Source: Marsupella aquatica
Taxonomy: Eukaryota; Plantae; Marchantiophyta
NCBI GenBank assembly: GCA_973895155.1
Contig: OZ316895.1
Span: 5,662,687-5,726,686 of the forward strand
Length of the DNA stretch: 64,000 nt
Direction of reading: 5' to 3'
Shown here in pieces: positions 1 to 11,646 of this stretch. The translations under genes were made by a program, and so were the position numbers. Every line of letters begins with the position of its first letter. Position 1 is the first letter of the stretch. Under the pieces are notes generated by a model, which saw only the letters and a program-made list of their open reading frames with translations, ran no database searches and was not told where the DNA came from.

Positions 1-506
1 GACCAGTTACCCAAGTGTTTACTTGGTTAACTATTCTCAACTAAGGCGTCTCAAACTATATAAAGACTGGGCAATTAGTAGGGCTGAGAGTTAGTTGTGT
101 AGGATGCAAAGTGCGCGATACACAAATTTGGCAACCGCACTTTTTCGCCAACTGCAGGCCACGGATCTTCCCTTACACCTAGAGCCTGTAGAAGACCTCT
201 CAAAGTGCTCTGAATGAATGATCGTTTACCGGTGACATTTATTAACAGTGTTTGTTTTACTTAGAAGAGAATTATCCTGAAAATAATTGCATTCTTCGTA
301 TAATTATCAGGAAGATAGAGATATAATTATGTGTCCGTTACTAACAAAATCAGTTGACAGAGCCGGCCTCGCATCAAACAATGCAAAAAACCTCTGTCAT
401 ACGAAGTTTGAAGTCAAGAAGCTGCTATCTATTAGAGTCACCCAGTCTTTCAACAACCAAAACTCGTTTTCTTCTATGTATTCGATCAGATATGTTCCAG
501 AAATCC

Positions 507-1645
507 TCAAGACGGAAGTATGTCATCAAGCAAAGCAATAATTACATTTTCAAAATTATCTTTTAAGTATGTCAATGCACTTTTCTGGAGTAGCTTAGCA
601 TCAAACTTCCTGGCCAATGTCAACAATTTTGTCAGATTGGTTTTATCAATCGTTCCAGCCAAATGCTCCTCGCATGTTTCCTGAAGTAAATCAATTGCAT
701 ACTTGTGTGCAACGACCAGGACGTCTTCGGCGGCGACTTCTTGGTTGAAGTCTATTTCAGCACGGTAGCAAAACCGAATCATTGCACGAATGACTGGGAG
801 GGTTGCATCGTCAATCCGAACCATTCCTGTATCGCTTTCCAGCATTTCAGTTTGGAACATCGTTCTGAAAACTGACGATCTGTTTGCCTGTGTAATTTTC
901 CAACAAGACACTTGACTTAGCCCCGGGATTGAACGCCAACCTTCATCCCAAATTACATACGGTTTCACGTTGGTTGCAAACCTTGTAATCTTTGAAGAGT
1001 AACCCTGAATGAGAAAGGCTCTGTAAAGTGGATTATCATTCATGCGATGAATCGTCGACTGCCTACCTACCTCACGCAAGCTACGGGCCAGAGCTAACCA
1101 TTGCTCGATAGTAATCGATCACGTTGACGAAATTAAATTGCCAAGCACAACACTTTTGTGTGAGGTCCCCTCTAAGAGAATCACACGGCCGGATTCCAAC
1201 CAAACCAGCTGACAATATTTTCAAATAAGACCAAACCAAACTACGTACATGCTTTTTGTTAACAGAGAAGCAACCTTGCAGATTGAAACAGAGGTCACAG
1301 CACAGTCCCACATAAAAGCACCACGAGAAGCCACGAGAGCTTCGATTCACGTCAATCAGACCCAGAAATGGAAGCCTTACTCACCAAAACAATCCTGTGG
1401 GCAAGTAGAGGCTTGTCTTCTTCATCTTGAACTACGATTGTCACGTCTTCTTTCGGAGTTCCTTCTGCCTGCTCATTGTCAAAGTCGAGGCGTAGAAAGG
1501 CCAGCAAGGACTGGAACTTCTCGATATTCCTTTCAAGGCTCTCCAGCGTAGGTTGCTGGCGTCTGATCTCTCTGTCCAAGTACTGGTAGCCCGCCACCGT
1601 GACCGGCAATCCGCAATCAAGGCATTTGGGCTCCGACATTTCCAT
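507..1645 (-). CDS. BTB/POZ-domain protein (putative Cullin3 adaptor), 2 exons: 1645-1385, 887-507
   Basis: Exon 1 ends ...KPLLAHRIVL before a GTGAGT donor at 1384. Exon 2 starts after an ACAG acceptor with ANRSSVFRTMF...IDDATLPVIRAMIRFCY...AHKYAIDLLQETCEEHL. Joined, these give a typical BTB signature (AHRxVLAxRSxVFxxMF ... AxKYxIxxL..CE). There is an N-terminal CxxC followed by a helical segment. Confidence 0.88.
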
Positions 1646-1949
1646 CCCTCGACCCTCTTAGTCTCTTAGAAGCCGTAGGCTCTAGGACAATGCAAAATAC
1701 TTAAATACCCTGTTCGTATGAGAGATTGATGATTCCGTGATGTTATTAAGGCAACACACGAATACACCCTAAACATCACGCCACCAAATTCTATCCACAC
1801 CTCAATTTCAGGAAACACTAGCCTGATTACCAGTCGAAGACCTAAATAGAGATGAAGACAAACAAATATTGAAAAAAAAAACAAAAAACTATGTTATCTC
1901 CTATCTATATTGCCCCATCCCAGATTTTTGTTCACCCTCACTTTGTTCT

Positions 1950-2052
1950 CATTTAGAGTCCAGTTTTGTCTTTATTTGGACTTGTGGTCTAGAGCTTATT
2001 TAGAGTCCAGTTTGGTCCTTATTTTTTAGTCCACTTTTGTCTTTATTTGGAG
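1950..2052. repeat. Degenerate short tandem repeat (core TTTAGAGTCCAGTTTTGTCTTTATTTGG)
   Basis: About three imperfect copies of the core are visible in AT-rich DNA upstream of the BTB gene. Confidence 0.6.
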
Positions 2053-3221
2053 TATGCTCTGGAGGCTTCACTCTAGCCCCTAGCCCTTGAGAGTAGTTTA
2101 TGTTTGTGATTTATTGATGATGGACAAGGATAAAAAAATGTAGTATTAAGCCACACTCTAGCCTGAATGTCCATTCTTTGAATAGAGATAAGACAAAACA
2201 AAAAAAACCTTGCCAAAGAGTCTATGTTGTCCCCTTCATCTTTGCCTCCATCTCTGTTTTGGTATTCACTTTAAACAATGTAGGGTTAAGGCTTCACTGT
2301 AGAAGTCTAGTCCCCAACTCTAACTTCTGTTTGGGTTTTATAAGTAAAATAAAACTTCTCCTCCATACTCCACACAGCGTAAATTTTAACTTCCCCTTAT
2401 AGAGATACCATCATTATGACCCACTCACAATGTCAACATAAATGATTTTCAATTGTTATTATTTAAATTCTGAATTGTTCTATGATAGTTATTTTTCTTT
2501 GTATTTCTATTTTCATCCACATAAACCCCCTTCTAAGTTTTAATTTTATTTTATATCTTGTGTTTCAAGTAACCCTTTTAAGTATTTTTGGACCTGTTTG
2601 CCATCTGAAAGCTATTCCTTATTTTCCAGTTTGAAATTGATACCTGAATACTCTAGTTGAATCATGTGCAAACCCCTCAATAAAACATTCCTTAATTGTT
2701 GTGCAGCCTCGAGTAGAACCCTGCACCTTTTGGTCCCGCTATATATTATATATACAACTATAATACTGAATCCCACCCAATTTTGTCCTTCGTCCGTTTA
2801 TGAATTCACATTTGGGCAGGATTGTTTTGCAATTGTTGGATCATGTCATCACATTTTCCTGACCTTTGATCAAGAAAAATGGGGCGAGTCTGATGGAGGC
2901 CCATATTAAACCATTTATTCCCAGATTTTTACAAGTGGACCCTTTAAAGTTTTTTCTTTAATAGATTGTTTTCCTTCCCCAGTTGGGCCACACCATCTTT
3001 TTGATATGAACATCTTTTATGCAACCACTGCTTTTCTGCTTCCACATCTTTCACGCAATGACACCTTCTATGCGACGTACTGGTGTTGATTGCCCGGTTG
3101 ATTGTATGGCTGGGATGATACAGAACATGCCTCTATAACTACCTCGCGAAGCCTATAATTTCTTGCCTTGCCTTGACATCATTCTTTTTCTCTCTTCATA
3201 TATTTTTCTCTCCTAAACTTA

Positions 3222-3313
3222 TTTTCCTCACCTTGACATCTTTTTAGCATTTCAACAATTGTTTTCTCACCTTGACAAAGCATTTTAACAATTGTTTTCT
3301 CACCTTGACATCC
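3222..3313. repeat. Short tandem repeat, about 33-38 bp unit (GCATTTYAACAATTGTTTTCTCACCTTGACA)
   Basis: CTCACCTTGACA occurs three times with conserved intervening sequence. Confidence 0.75.
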
Positions 3314-3610
3314 TCTGTGCAATGCACAAGCATGGGGCTAGTACTCACAAAACAATGCTCATTTGGTGGCATTAATTATACCTTTTCACAAGCAGAATGA
3401 AAAAATGAGCTTGCCCTTGCTTTGTTGCTTAACATTGATGTATCTAATTAAAAACATATATAATTGTTCCCCTGAAGAATCCCTTAATTCATATCCTTAA
3501 GATGAATAATTATCCTCTTAACTCTGTGGAGGACTAAGTACTGAAGCAAGTTCCAGGATGAATGTGCAATAATCTTTAACAGGAAGCACTGGAACTAACA
3601 TGCTATATGC

Positions 3611-3801
3611 AATAAGTGAGTGTAAAAGCCCAAAGAGGCATGACTTTGTGATAGCTCACTCGAGTAGAGACTGATAGGTCTTGGGTTCATCTATTGTGGG
3701 CTGAGTGACTCTTCCCAACTATTGTGGCTGACTCTTCCCTTTCTGTGGGGTTTCACAGATTTCCCTTAAAAAAATTAAAATTAAAATAAGTGAGTGTAAA
3801 A
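3611..3801 (+). mobile_element. tRNA-related SINE-like insertion (body 3628-3784) with 17-bp target-site duplication
   Basis: A perfect direct repeat AATAAGTGAGTGTAAAA lies at 3611-3627 and 3785-3801. The body contains TAGCTCACTCGAGTAGAG (box A/D-arm-like) and GGGTTCATCT (box B-like), and ends in the A-rich tail TTAAAAAAATTAAAATTAA. Confidence 0.75.
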
Positions 3802-3950
3802 TGCTTGTGTATGTAGCCAATTACTAGTTATTAGTAAGGATGGCTATACAGGGCATCCAGCTTGCATTGCGTTTTTCAAATTTTCCCTTGTAGTTGGCTT
3901 TACATGAACCCAGGGCTTCATTAAAGTATGGTGTCTACTAGTCCTCCTGT

Positions 3951-4909
3951 TGTGAAGGATAACAGTCCGGTGGTGTGCAAGAGACTAGAAAACTAACTAA
4001 GGTAGAGAGGACCAGAAGGCTAAAGTTAAACCATGCATCGGGGTATAAAAGCCCTCGAGTACTGTCCGGCTTTCATCATTAGTCCTCAGGTACTGCCCGT
4101 GGGGCCCACCCTTGTACTTATGCTCCTGCCCGACCCCTCTGCCCTTCCTGCCTGCCCTGCCCCACAGGAGTCATGTGTCATCCTCGACGACTCCCCAATC
4201 TTAGTCGTGAACAGTGCACCCTGCAGCCTTCATGCATTTTGCGAAGAAATGGTGTGCAATGTACATAAAATTACTCTATATGTGGTCCCGGCCTGCGACC
4301 TCGCGCGTCCAACACTCCATCCAAATCGCACTTGCAGCTCCATGGTGTCCCTTTGGCCTCCATCCTTTGTACTTCGTCCTTTGGCCTCCAACATGAATTG
4401 CTGCATTGCAAGGTCGCCACGAATTGCACCTTGCACATTACTTGTCCCGAAAACGTGATTGCTCTACACTCAGACTTGTCCGATTGTCCGAATGTTTGAT
4501 AAGAACTATGTGGGCTTTGTGATTGCTTGTCCCTACTCGGTAATTTCTATGTGCAATCACGTGAGGCTCTTTGCTGTGGGAGAGAGGTTTTGTATAAAGC
4601 AGGGAGTATTCTCTTTGTCATCTCGCCAGCTCTGTGATTGTGCTGTTTGCTTCAATCTTGTCTTGTTTTTACTTGCGGGTGTTGAGTTCACTGAATCAAG
4701 AACGGGCGGCATCAGCTGCGTTGCAGGGAATCAACGTGATCAACTGGGCCATCGTTGTCTTGCAGGTTTGAGCCACATTCATGGAATTTTTGATTGTTTA
4801 GATTTTGGAATTGTTACACTGGGACCCTTTACTTAGCTGTGCCTTCAGAGTGACCCTTTACGTAGCTGCGCCTGAAATGTCGGGCCTGAACTCTCGATTC
4901 CTTTTCACA
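3951..4909 (+). mobile_element. Possible LTR remnant (TGTGAAGGA...TCCTTTTCACA termini)
   Basis: TG...CA imperfect inverted termini, an internal TATAAAA near 4045, and a composition shift from the flanks. No TSD, PBS or partner LTR was found. Confidence 0.3.
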
Positions 4910-5324
4910 AAGTATTCTTCAGGACCTCAGAAGACGCAACGCACTTACTTGACATTGTTTGTTTGACCTCACCTCACTTCACACTTTCGCACAGTTGCAG
5001 AGCCCCATCTCTTACTCTGCTTCCATGATCAACTCTTGTCCATTTTGTGACAATCTTTGGCTGGTCTTCGTTCTTTTATGATAGAATGAAATTCTTGGAA
5101 ATTGTCGGGGCAAACCTAAGGAGAAAAGTGAATCACTTTAGCTCTTCTTGTTAGACTGCGCACTAATGGTGGGCCGGATCGCTAGGATTTGACAGAAAGC
5201 AAAGGATTGATCGAGAAAATGTCTATATGCGCCATTTATGGTAGTAAGCTTGAGGGGAACGGCCCTAGTTGGCAAGGATCTGACCAAGAGGTGGATTTAT
5301 ACAATCGAGTTTTACAGGATTGTA

Positions 5325-5442
5325 GTTGATTGCTTATGCTGAGTACAAAGCCACTACAGATAGGATTTTGATCGTCAAATTGTAGATAGGGAGGCCCGCG
5401 TTGATTGCTTATACTGAGTACAAAGCCACTGCAGATAGGATT
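5325..5442. repeat. About 44-bp direct repeat x2 (GTTGATTGCTTATRCTGAGTACAAAGCCACTRCAGATAGGATTT)
   Basis: Copies start at 5325 and 5400 and differ by 2 mismatches. Confidence 0.85.
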
Positions 5443-7079
5443 TGGAGAGCTCAAACTACAGACACTGCAGACAAGGAGGCTTGCGGAGGTTCAAGCCTGG
5501 ATGAAAATAATACTAAACCGTGTGTGTGTCTCAGTTGGTCACCGATCTCCATGTGTTTGGCTATGCACACCGATGCATAAACAAAGCATGGAATACATCA
5601 AAGTAGAACAGAAGAGAGACAAGAAAATACTAGGAACATCTGGTGGCTCTGACCCTGAGATTGTGGGGTGTCAAAGTTGAGACCAGATGCCAAGGCTCAC
5701 CTGAAGGGAAAAACACTATTAGGACTCAAATTGGGAAAATTTGAGAAAAAACAATGTGCGGCAAAAGAGAAAAAAATTTGGAAAGGGGTCCCCCATGCCT
5801 CTCTTTGTGCAAGTGGAAGCCTTACACAAAGTAGAATGGGGCTCCAAAGAGGGACGCTGCCCCTTTGCCCCCCCCAATGTACTTTTTCCCCACCCTATTA
5901 CACCATTGATGTGTTCTAATCCAATCGTGATCGTCGGATTGAGAATCGGACGTCTCCACATTACTTGGACCGACCACCGAAAGTACTCATTACAATTTCA
6001 CGACCGTCTTATGGGGTGCAATGGGCAACTCACCTTGACGATTCAAAAAATTCTGCAAGGAGGTTTGAACTCAAGACCTCATGGGCGAATCCACAAGGTA
6101 CTACCGCTGAGTCACCACTCGAATTTGAATAATGGAGGACAGAAGGTAAATTTCTATTGGGACAGATACATGGGCCGTGGCCCTGCACAAGAAGCTGCGT
6201 ACGTCGTATGCGACCTGCCCGGCTGCCCGAGGAGTTTTTGAATTTCAAAAATTTGTCTCAACCAATGAGATTGCAGAGAATGAATTCTTGGTATTTCTCT
6301 TCAAATACTGACTCAAATGGGGCAGCATTTTTTCCCAGACGTAGATCTCGCTGAGATCTATGTTTCGATACCAAGATCGCATCCAATGGTCAAGAATTGG
6401 CAAAGGTACGAGGGAAAATACACGTGTCGACAAGCAGGCGGAGCACCTGCCCCGAAGTTCCCTTGGACCACACAAGCATTAAATGAGGGCTCCAGGTTAC
6501 CCGGAGTCCTCTGACGCCTGAAATACCCGCATGCGTGGTTTAAGAGTGCTAGTCACATTAGGAACAGATACCAGGCAGGAACCTGGTACACAGGTACGGG
6601 TACCACTGGTTGGACCGTGTGTGACTGGTGGCCTGATTAGTGTTGTTGGCTTGCTGGCATGTTGTCATGGATGGCCTTTGTACTTGGGGGTCGGCCGTTT
6701 GGGTTGGGGCTTGTTTTTCTCAAAAAAAACAAAGTCCTCCGGCAAGGAGTGGGCCCAAGGACATTCTGTTTGTGAAGTGTTTAGTTTGTCTAGGATCTTA
6801 GACCACCTCTAGAGGTGGTAGAACTCTAAACATATTTTCCAAACTTTGGCTCCTTCTTCAAGAAAGTTGTGTTGAACTTCTTTTCAACACATTTTTGGTC
6901 TGGAGTCAATCTATAGAACAAGAAGTGGCCAGTTTGCTTTGGTTAGAAAAGTCAAAAGTGTCCCCAACTTTGTGTACCGGCACCTTATGGTGTTACCTTG
7001 TTCTGGAGCTTACTCAGGTCATTTGTCTTATTAAGATTTTTAGATGAATTTTTGGAGTTTGGAATTATGTTTACTCTCT

Positions 7080-7241
7080 TAATGTTTTTAATTTTTGTTT
7101 GAGACCCCTCCTTTAGGTCTATATTTATTTTTCAATCATGTACATCCTTTGTTAGAATATAATGTTTTTAATTTTTTGATTGAGACCCCTCCTTTTGGTC
7201 TATATTTATTTTTCAATCATGTCCATCTTTTGTTAGAATAT
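7080..7241. repeat. About 80-bp tandem duplication
   Basis: TAATGTTTTTAATTTTT..GAGACCCCTCCTTT.GGTCTATATTTATTTTTCAATCATGT..TGTTAGAATAT is present twice head-to-tail. The ORF 7095-7295 shows the repeated peptide ETPPxGLYLFFNHVH. Confidence 0.9.
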
Positions 7242-9765
7242 GTTGTTTTATCTTTGTACTCAAGTTATATTAAATTGATTTTCAATGCACAATAGATACC
7301 TAAACCCTAAGCTATCTATTTGGAAGAGCCTGATGGAATCCTAGATTTGTGAGAGAAACAAACTTTTCACCCCCTCTACTCTTAACTAGAGCTCAGAGTT
7401 ATGTTTCCTAAGTTTATGGTTTTCAGTAACTCACGTGTCTCTAGCCGAAGTCATTATGAGTAAAAGAGGCCCACAATTTTTTTTGAAAGGGATTCACAAT
7501 AGTTAAGGCCAAAACTCAGTTGTCTACTAGAAAAATGGCAGGTGGGGATATAAGTGGGGCCAACACTTTGTAAAGGAATAAGAGGTGAGGAGAAGACACT
7601 TTGTAAAGGAATAAGCATTGAGGCACAAGTACTAGGTCACCCAAAATTAGTATATTCTTGCTTGAAAGGGTTTACTAAAAAAATCCATCCAAAGTAACTC
7701 TGAAAATGGATGATTAATTATTCTTCTCAACTTAGGAATCCTTTTCAGCGGAAACACTACAAGGCAAACTCGTTCACCTTTTTGGAAGTAATCTTCACAC
7801 TTTAAAGTACCTTAAAATAATATTTGTTTTCTCATTTATCTAGATATGATAGTCTTAAAAGGTTTTTATTACCATTTGGGGAAGCTGGTTCAAAGTTTGA
7901 GAAAACCTATGGTGTTGTCTCCCATTGGGCCCATTCTCTATGGGTTCAGTAGAATTATTTTTTCTAATTTACCACTCACACTAATTAGATGTTAACGTTA
8001 ATAGCCATGAAGGGTGTCATTAATTTAGTTGAATCTGCAAATAGATTTATAATGCTCTATGACTCATCTTTGGGGTTGCTTATTAAGAACCACTAACTTG
8101 AATATAGTAGCCAAACAGGGCATTGTGTGCCACAGTGTCCTGAAAAACATGGCATTAGCTCAAGTTTTGAGGGGCTATTGTTGCCCATATTGTTATGATA
8201 GCAGGACATTAATACACTTGAAAGACCTAATATAATTTTTCTTTTACTATTTCTGGTAGATCTAGATGGCAACTTTCCTAACGAGGAGGTATTCTATGTT
8301 GCAAGCAAACAGGAGATTTTGATAGCGAGACAATAATGGCTCCAAATTTCAGTTGCTTTTTGGTGCCTTTTACATTTTGTGTGTTTTTTTAAAAACTCCA
8401 GATGGCTAGCGAGCTCGCTAGTCAAAAGGGAGTCCCCAAAAGGGATGTTACCAACCAGGTAGTTGATAGCGAGGCAGTTGCATGTAGAAAAATAGAGGTC
8501 ATGCAAGAATTTTTTTTGCTCGTGCGAGGAAAAGTTTTACTGTTTGCTCGCACGTTACAATTACCCCCTAACGAGCCCATCCAAGTCTTGAGTGTGCATT
8601 CTTGTCAATAAATGGGTGGACATAGATAGAAAAATTGTGTAAGGCATTAAACATAAATTTAAACTCTGTTTGTTTAGAGGGCATGACAATGTGTGTCATA
8701 ATGCTTTGGTAACAGGACCTCAATACACTTAAAGACCTAAGAGATTTCTTTTATCTTTATTCGTTTTAGTAACCATAGAGTAGAATCTCCTTAATTAGCT
8801 GATCCAAATCTTGACTGCATTCCCCACAAATTCCCTGAAATTTGCAAAGTGAAAAACGAAGAAGGGGCATTCAGTGAACAGGAAAGTAGCACCCTTCTAA
8901 TATATGCACATCCATCGGCCATAATCCTCTATGACTGGATTTGTGGATGTAAAAGCAAGGCTGAAAAAAAGTATATGCCACTTGGAGAAATCTCTCAATA
9001 TGAAAGAGGGCCAATGAGAGTCTTCTTTTCATTTCATTTCATGCCTTCAAAGCCATGCTGGCCAGATCAGTCCACGTGTGATGCACCCTTATCCCTCCAA
9101 CTCAATCCCTCCCTCAGATCAGATAGATGGCTGACAGACAGCCCAATGCAATCCACCTCATGCAAAGTTACCCAGAACAGAAAACCAGCTGAATTGATGC
9201 CAATGAGACAGACAGAAGGCGAAGGACTGAGGGAGGAACCAATGGAGGATCCAGTGATGGATTTCATAAACACGAGCACAAATGTCAACTCCAATACAAC
9301 ATCCACAGAAGTGTTGGGTTTCTGAAGACCACTTGATGTTCTAGTTTGGATGTCCAAGAGGGTTTCACTGCATCGCCTGCTGTGTGAGGACAAGGAATGG
9401 TAATGGAGAAGAAGAATGGCAGTCCTCTGATTCAGAGCCTGGGGAGAGTCGATTCTAGTGAGGAGGCTGGATAGTGATGAAACCCGTGGACGGAATCTGC
9501 TGCCTCGGGATCATCTCTATTGCGGTTGGGAAACAAAAAGAGATATCTGTGTTGAGAATTGCCACATTGCCCTGAATTCTAATCAGGGAGCGGAAAAGAG
9601 AGAGAGAGATAGGGCAACTCTGCACAGAATGGTGAAGGAACTATCAATGTTCAGCTGGGATCAAGGCAGCGCTGCTGCATAACGAGATGCCCCTTTCAGA
9701 GACCCTGCATTGCACGTGATCACTTTCTTTGGGCAATGCTCTGAGAGAGGGGGAGAAAGAGAGAG

Positions 9766-11646
9766 ATGACGTCCTTCGCGATGCACTGCTGCTGCTGCTC
9801 CCCTCTCATTACCCACCCTACCAGGGCCTTTTCCTATTCTTCCGCCGGGACTACAAATGGAATGATTTCTCCCGCGCCGCGCATGAAAAGACGCTCATCA
9901 TCAGTACCACTATCGGCATCAGCATCAGGAGCTCCTCGCGTGCAGCAACAGCAGCAGCGGAGTGATTCAGACAAGGACGAGCATGGCCATGTGCACAGGA
10001 GGAGCGCCATGGGACACAAGGGTGAAGTGGTCTCCGAACTCTCTTCTCCGTCTGCCTCCGATGCCTCCTCTTCTCCCAGTGCGTCGTGTATCTATTATCA
10101 TCGTAGGGACATTTTCCATCTCGCTGCAGGAGCAGCTGTGATGGTAGCACAGCTGATGCTAGGGGGCTGGAAGGAAGCTACAGCAGCTGCTGCAGAAGAG
10201 GAAACTGCAATGCCCACCAACCCGCCGTCAAAACCCGCCATTAGTGATGGTAAGGTTGACACAACCATTACAGACAAGGTGTACCTGGATTTGAGCATCT
10301 GCCCTAGTGCATCCAGATCTGATCGGACTCTGGGGAACACATCACAGCTTTGCACTGTTGGGGAGCCCCTAGGCCGCATTGTGATAGGACTCTATGGACG
10401 GCTGGTACCTCAAACGGTGACGAATTTCAAGGCCATGATCACTGGAGCAGTAGGGACTTCCTATTCAGGCACCATTTTCCACCGTGTGCTCGCTGGGCAG
10501 TACATTCAAGGGGGGAGGCAGGGTTCACGGGAAAAGGGGGAGGTATCTGGGCCTCTGTACAAGCTAGAGAGCAACAAGGAAACTGTTAGTGCGAAGTCCT
10601 ACAAATTAACCCACACTCGCCCCGGGACTGTGTCCCTGGCCCTTGCTGAGAATGATGATGATGAAAACCTGAAGCTGGACGTGGACTATCGAAATGTTCA
10701 GTTCCTTATTACCACAGGTGAGCATGGCAAGTGATTGCCTTGCTAGCTTTTTATTTGTCTTGGCTGGCTACTAGCCCTGCCTTGGAACAGAGCTCTCATG
10801 AGCTCATGGTTAGTATGAGAATCGTCTGCACGAGAAATTTCGAGGCATTCAAGAGATCAGATTGAAGAATTCTTTAAAGCATTGAATAATGTCTGAAGTT
10901 ATCAGTGTCCGTGAACGAAGATTTCTCTACCGAATCTAATAGCCAGGTCCCTTTCTGACGTGTTTCACTGTGTGCATTGTACAGGTCCAGGGCCTGCCCC
11001 TCAATTGGACAATCGAAACATTGTTTTCGGAACGGTTCTGGAAGGTATTGAATGCTTCTTCATTCCATTATCTCCAGTCCTTGTCGGTATTTTGTCTGAA
11101 CGCATTCCTCTGCTCAATGAATATTATTCCTCTTTTCTGAGCTTTTTTTATCATCTGAATTGTATTTGGCATCCAGGCTGGATTTGCATCACTTGCTTAC
11201 TGAACGCTTGTATTTTCAATAGAATTCTTGTATGTGATTCCCCTTCGAAAAATGGTGGACTAGTACTTTAGAAGTCAATCCCAGCTGAAGTGTTCAATCA
11301 CAAGGCTCTAATGTAGCTGTTTTTTAAATAACTTCCACGTGAATCGGAATGAATATTTCAAGGAAAGATGCAAACAGTCCCGCTTGTTGTCTTCGCCCCT
11401 GTACTAACAATTCGAACAATTGTTGTACTCCTCACAGGGTTAGATGTTGTTGCCGCCGTAGCAAATGTTCCAACATACCGGCCCAGTGAGAAGATTAAAC
11501 AGTTTAATGACTTCGCTTCTTTCTTAGGTGATGAACGAGCTGCAAATGCACGTAATTTCTGGGACAGGCCCCTTAAATCAGTCGTCATTACTGGGTGTGG
11601 AGAAATTCCTCTCGGTTTGCCTGTTTTCCCTCCAGGGCTTCCTTAA
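9766..11646 (+). CDS. CYP28: Chloroplast thylakoid-lumen cyclophilin-type peptidyl-prolyl isomerase (CYP28-like), 3 exons: 9766-10717, 10985-11044, 11438-11646
   Basis: Cyclophilin motifs ITDKVYLDLSI, GRIVIGLYG, PQTVTNF, FHRVLAGQYIQGG, FLITTGPGPAPQLDNRNIVFGTVLEGLDVV and KSVVITGCGE. A Ser-rich transit peptide is followed by a twin-arginine lumenal signal (RRDIF-hydrophobic core-AxA). GT-AG introns keep the frame. Confidence 0.92.

Noticed and set aside
3650-3700. tRNA gene
   Set aside because: Only box A/B-like remnants are present and no cloverleaf can be folded. It lies inside a TSD-flanked, A-tailed insert, so it is treated as a SINE.
5190-5673. Possible solo LTR (TGACA...TGTCA termini, TATA-like motif on the minus strand)
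   Set aside because: The flanks GGATT and AAGTT are not a TSD, and there is no PBS, PPT or partner LTR.
5668-6812. Cluster of overlapping ORFs with an A-rich end near 6722-6733
   Set aside because: No protein motif is recognisable in any frame. It may be a decayed retroelement end, but no convincing TSD was found.
8849-9682. ORFs of 74-158 aa upstream of CYP28
   Set aside because: Non-ATG starts, no motifs and no splice-consistent model. More likely leader or promoter DNA.
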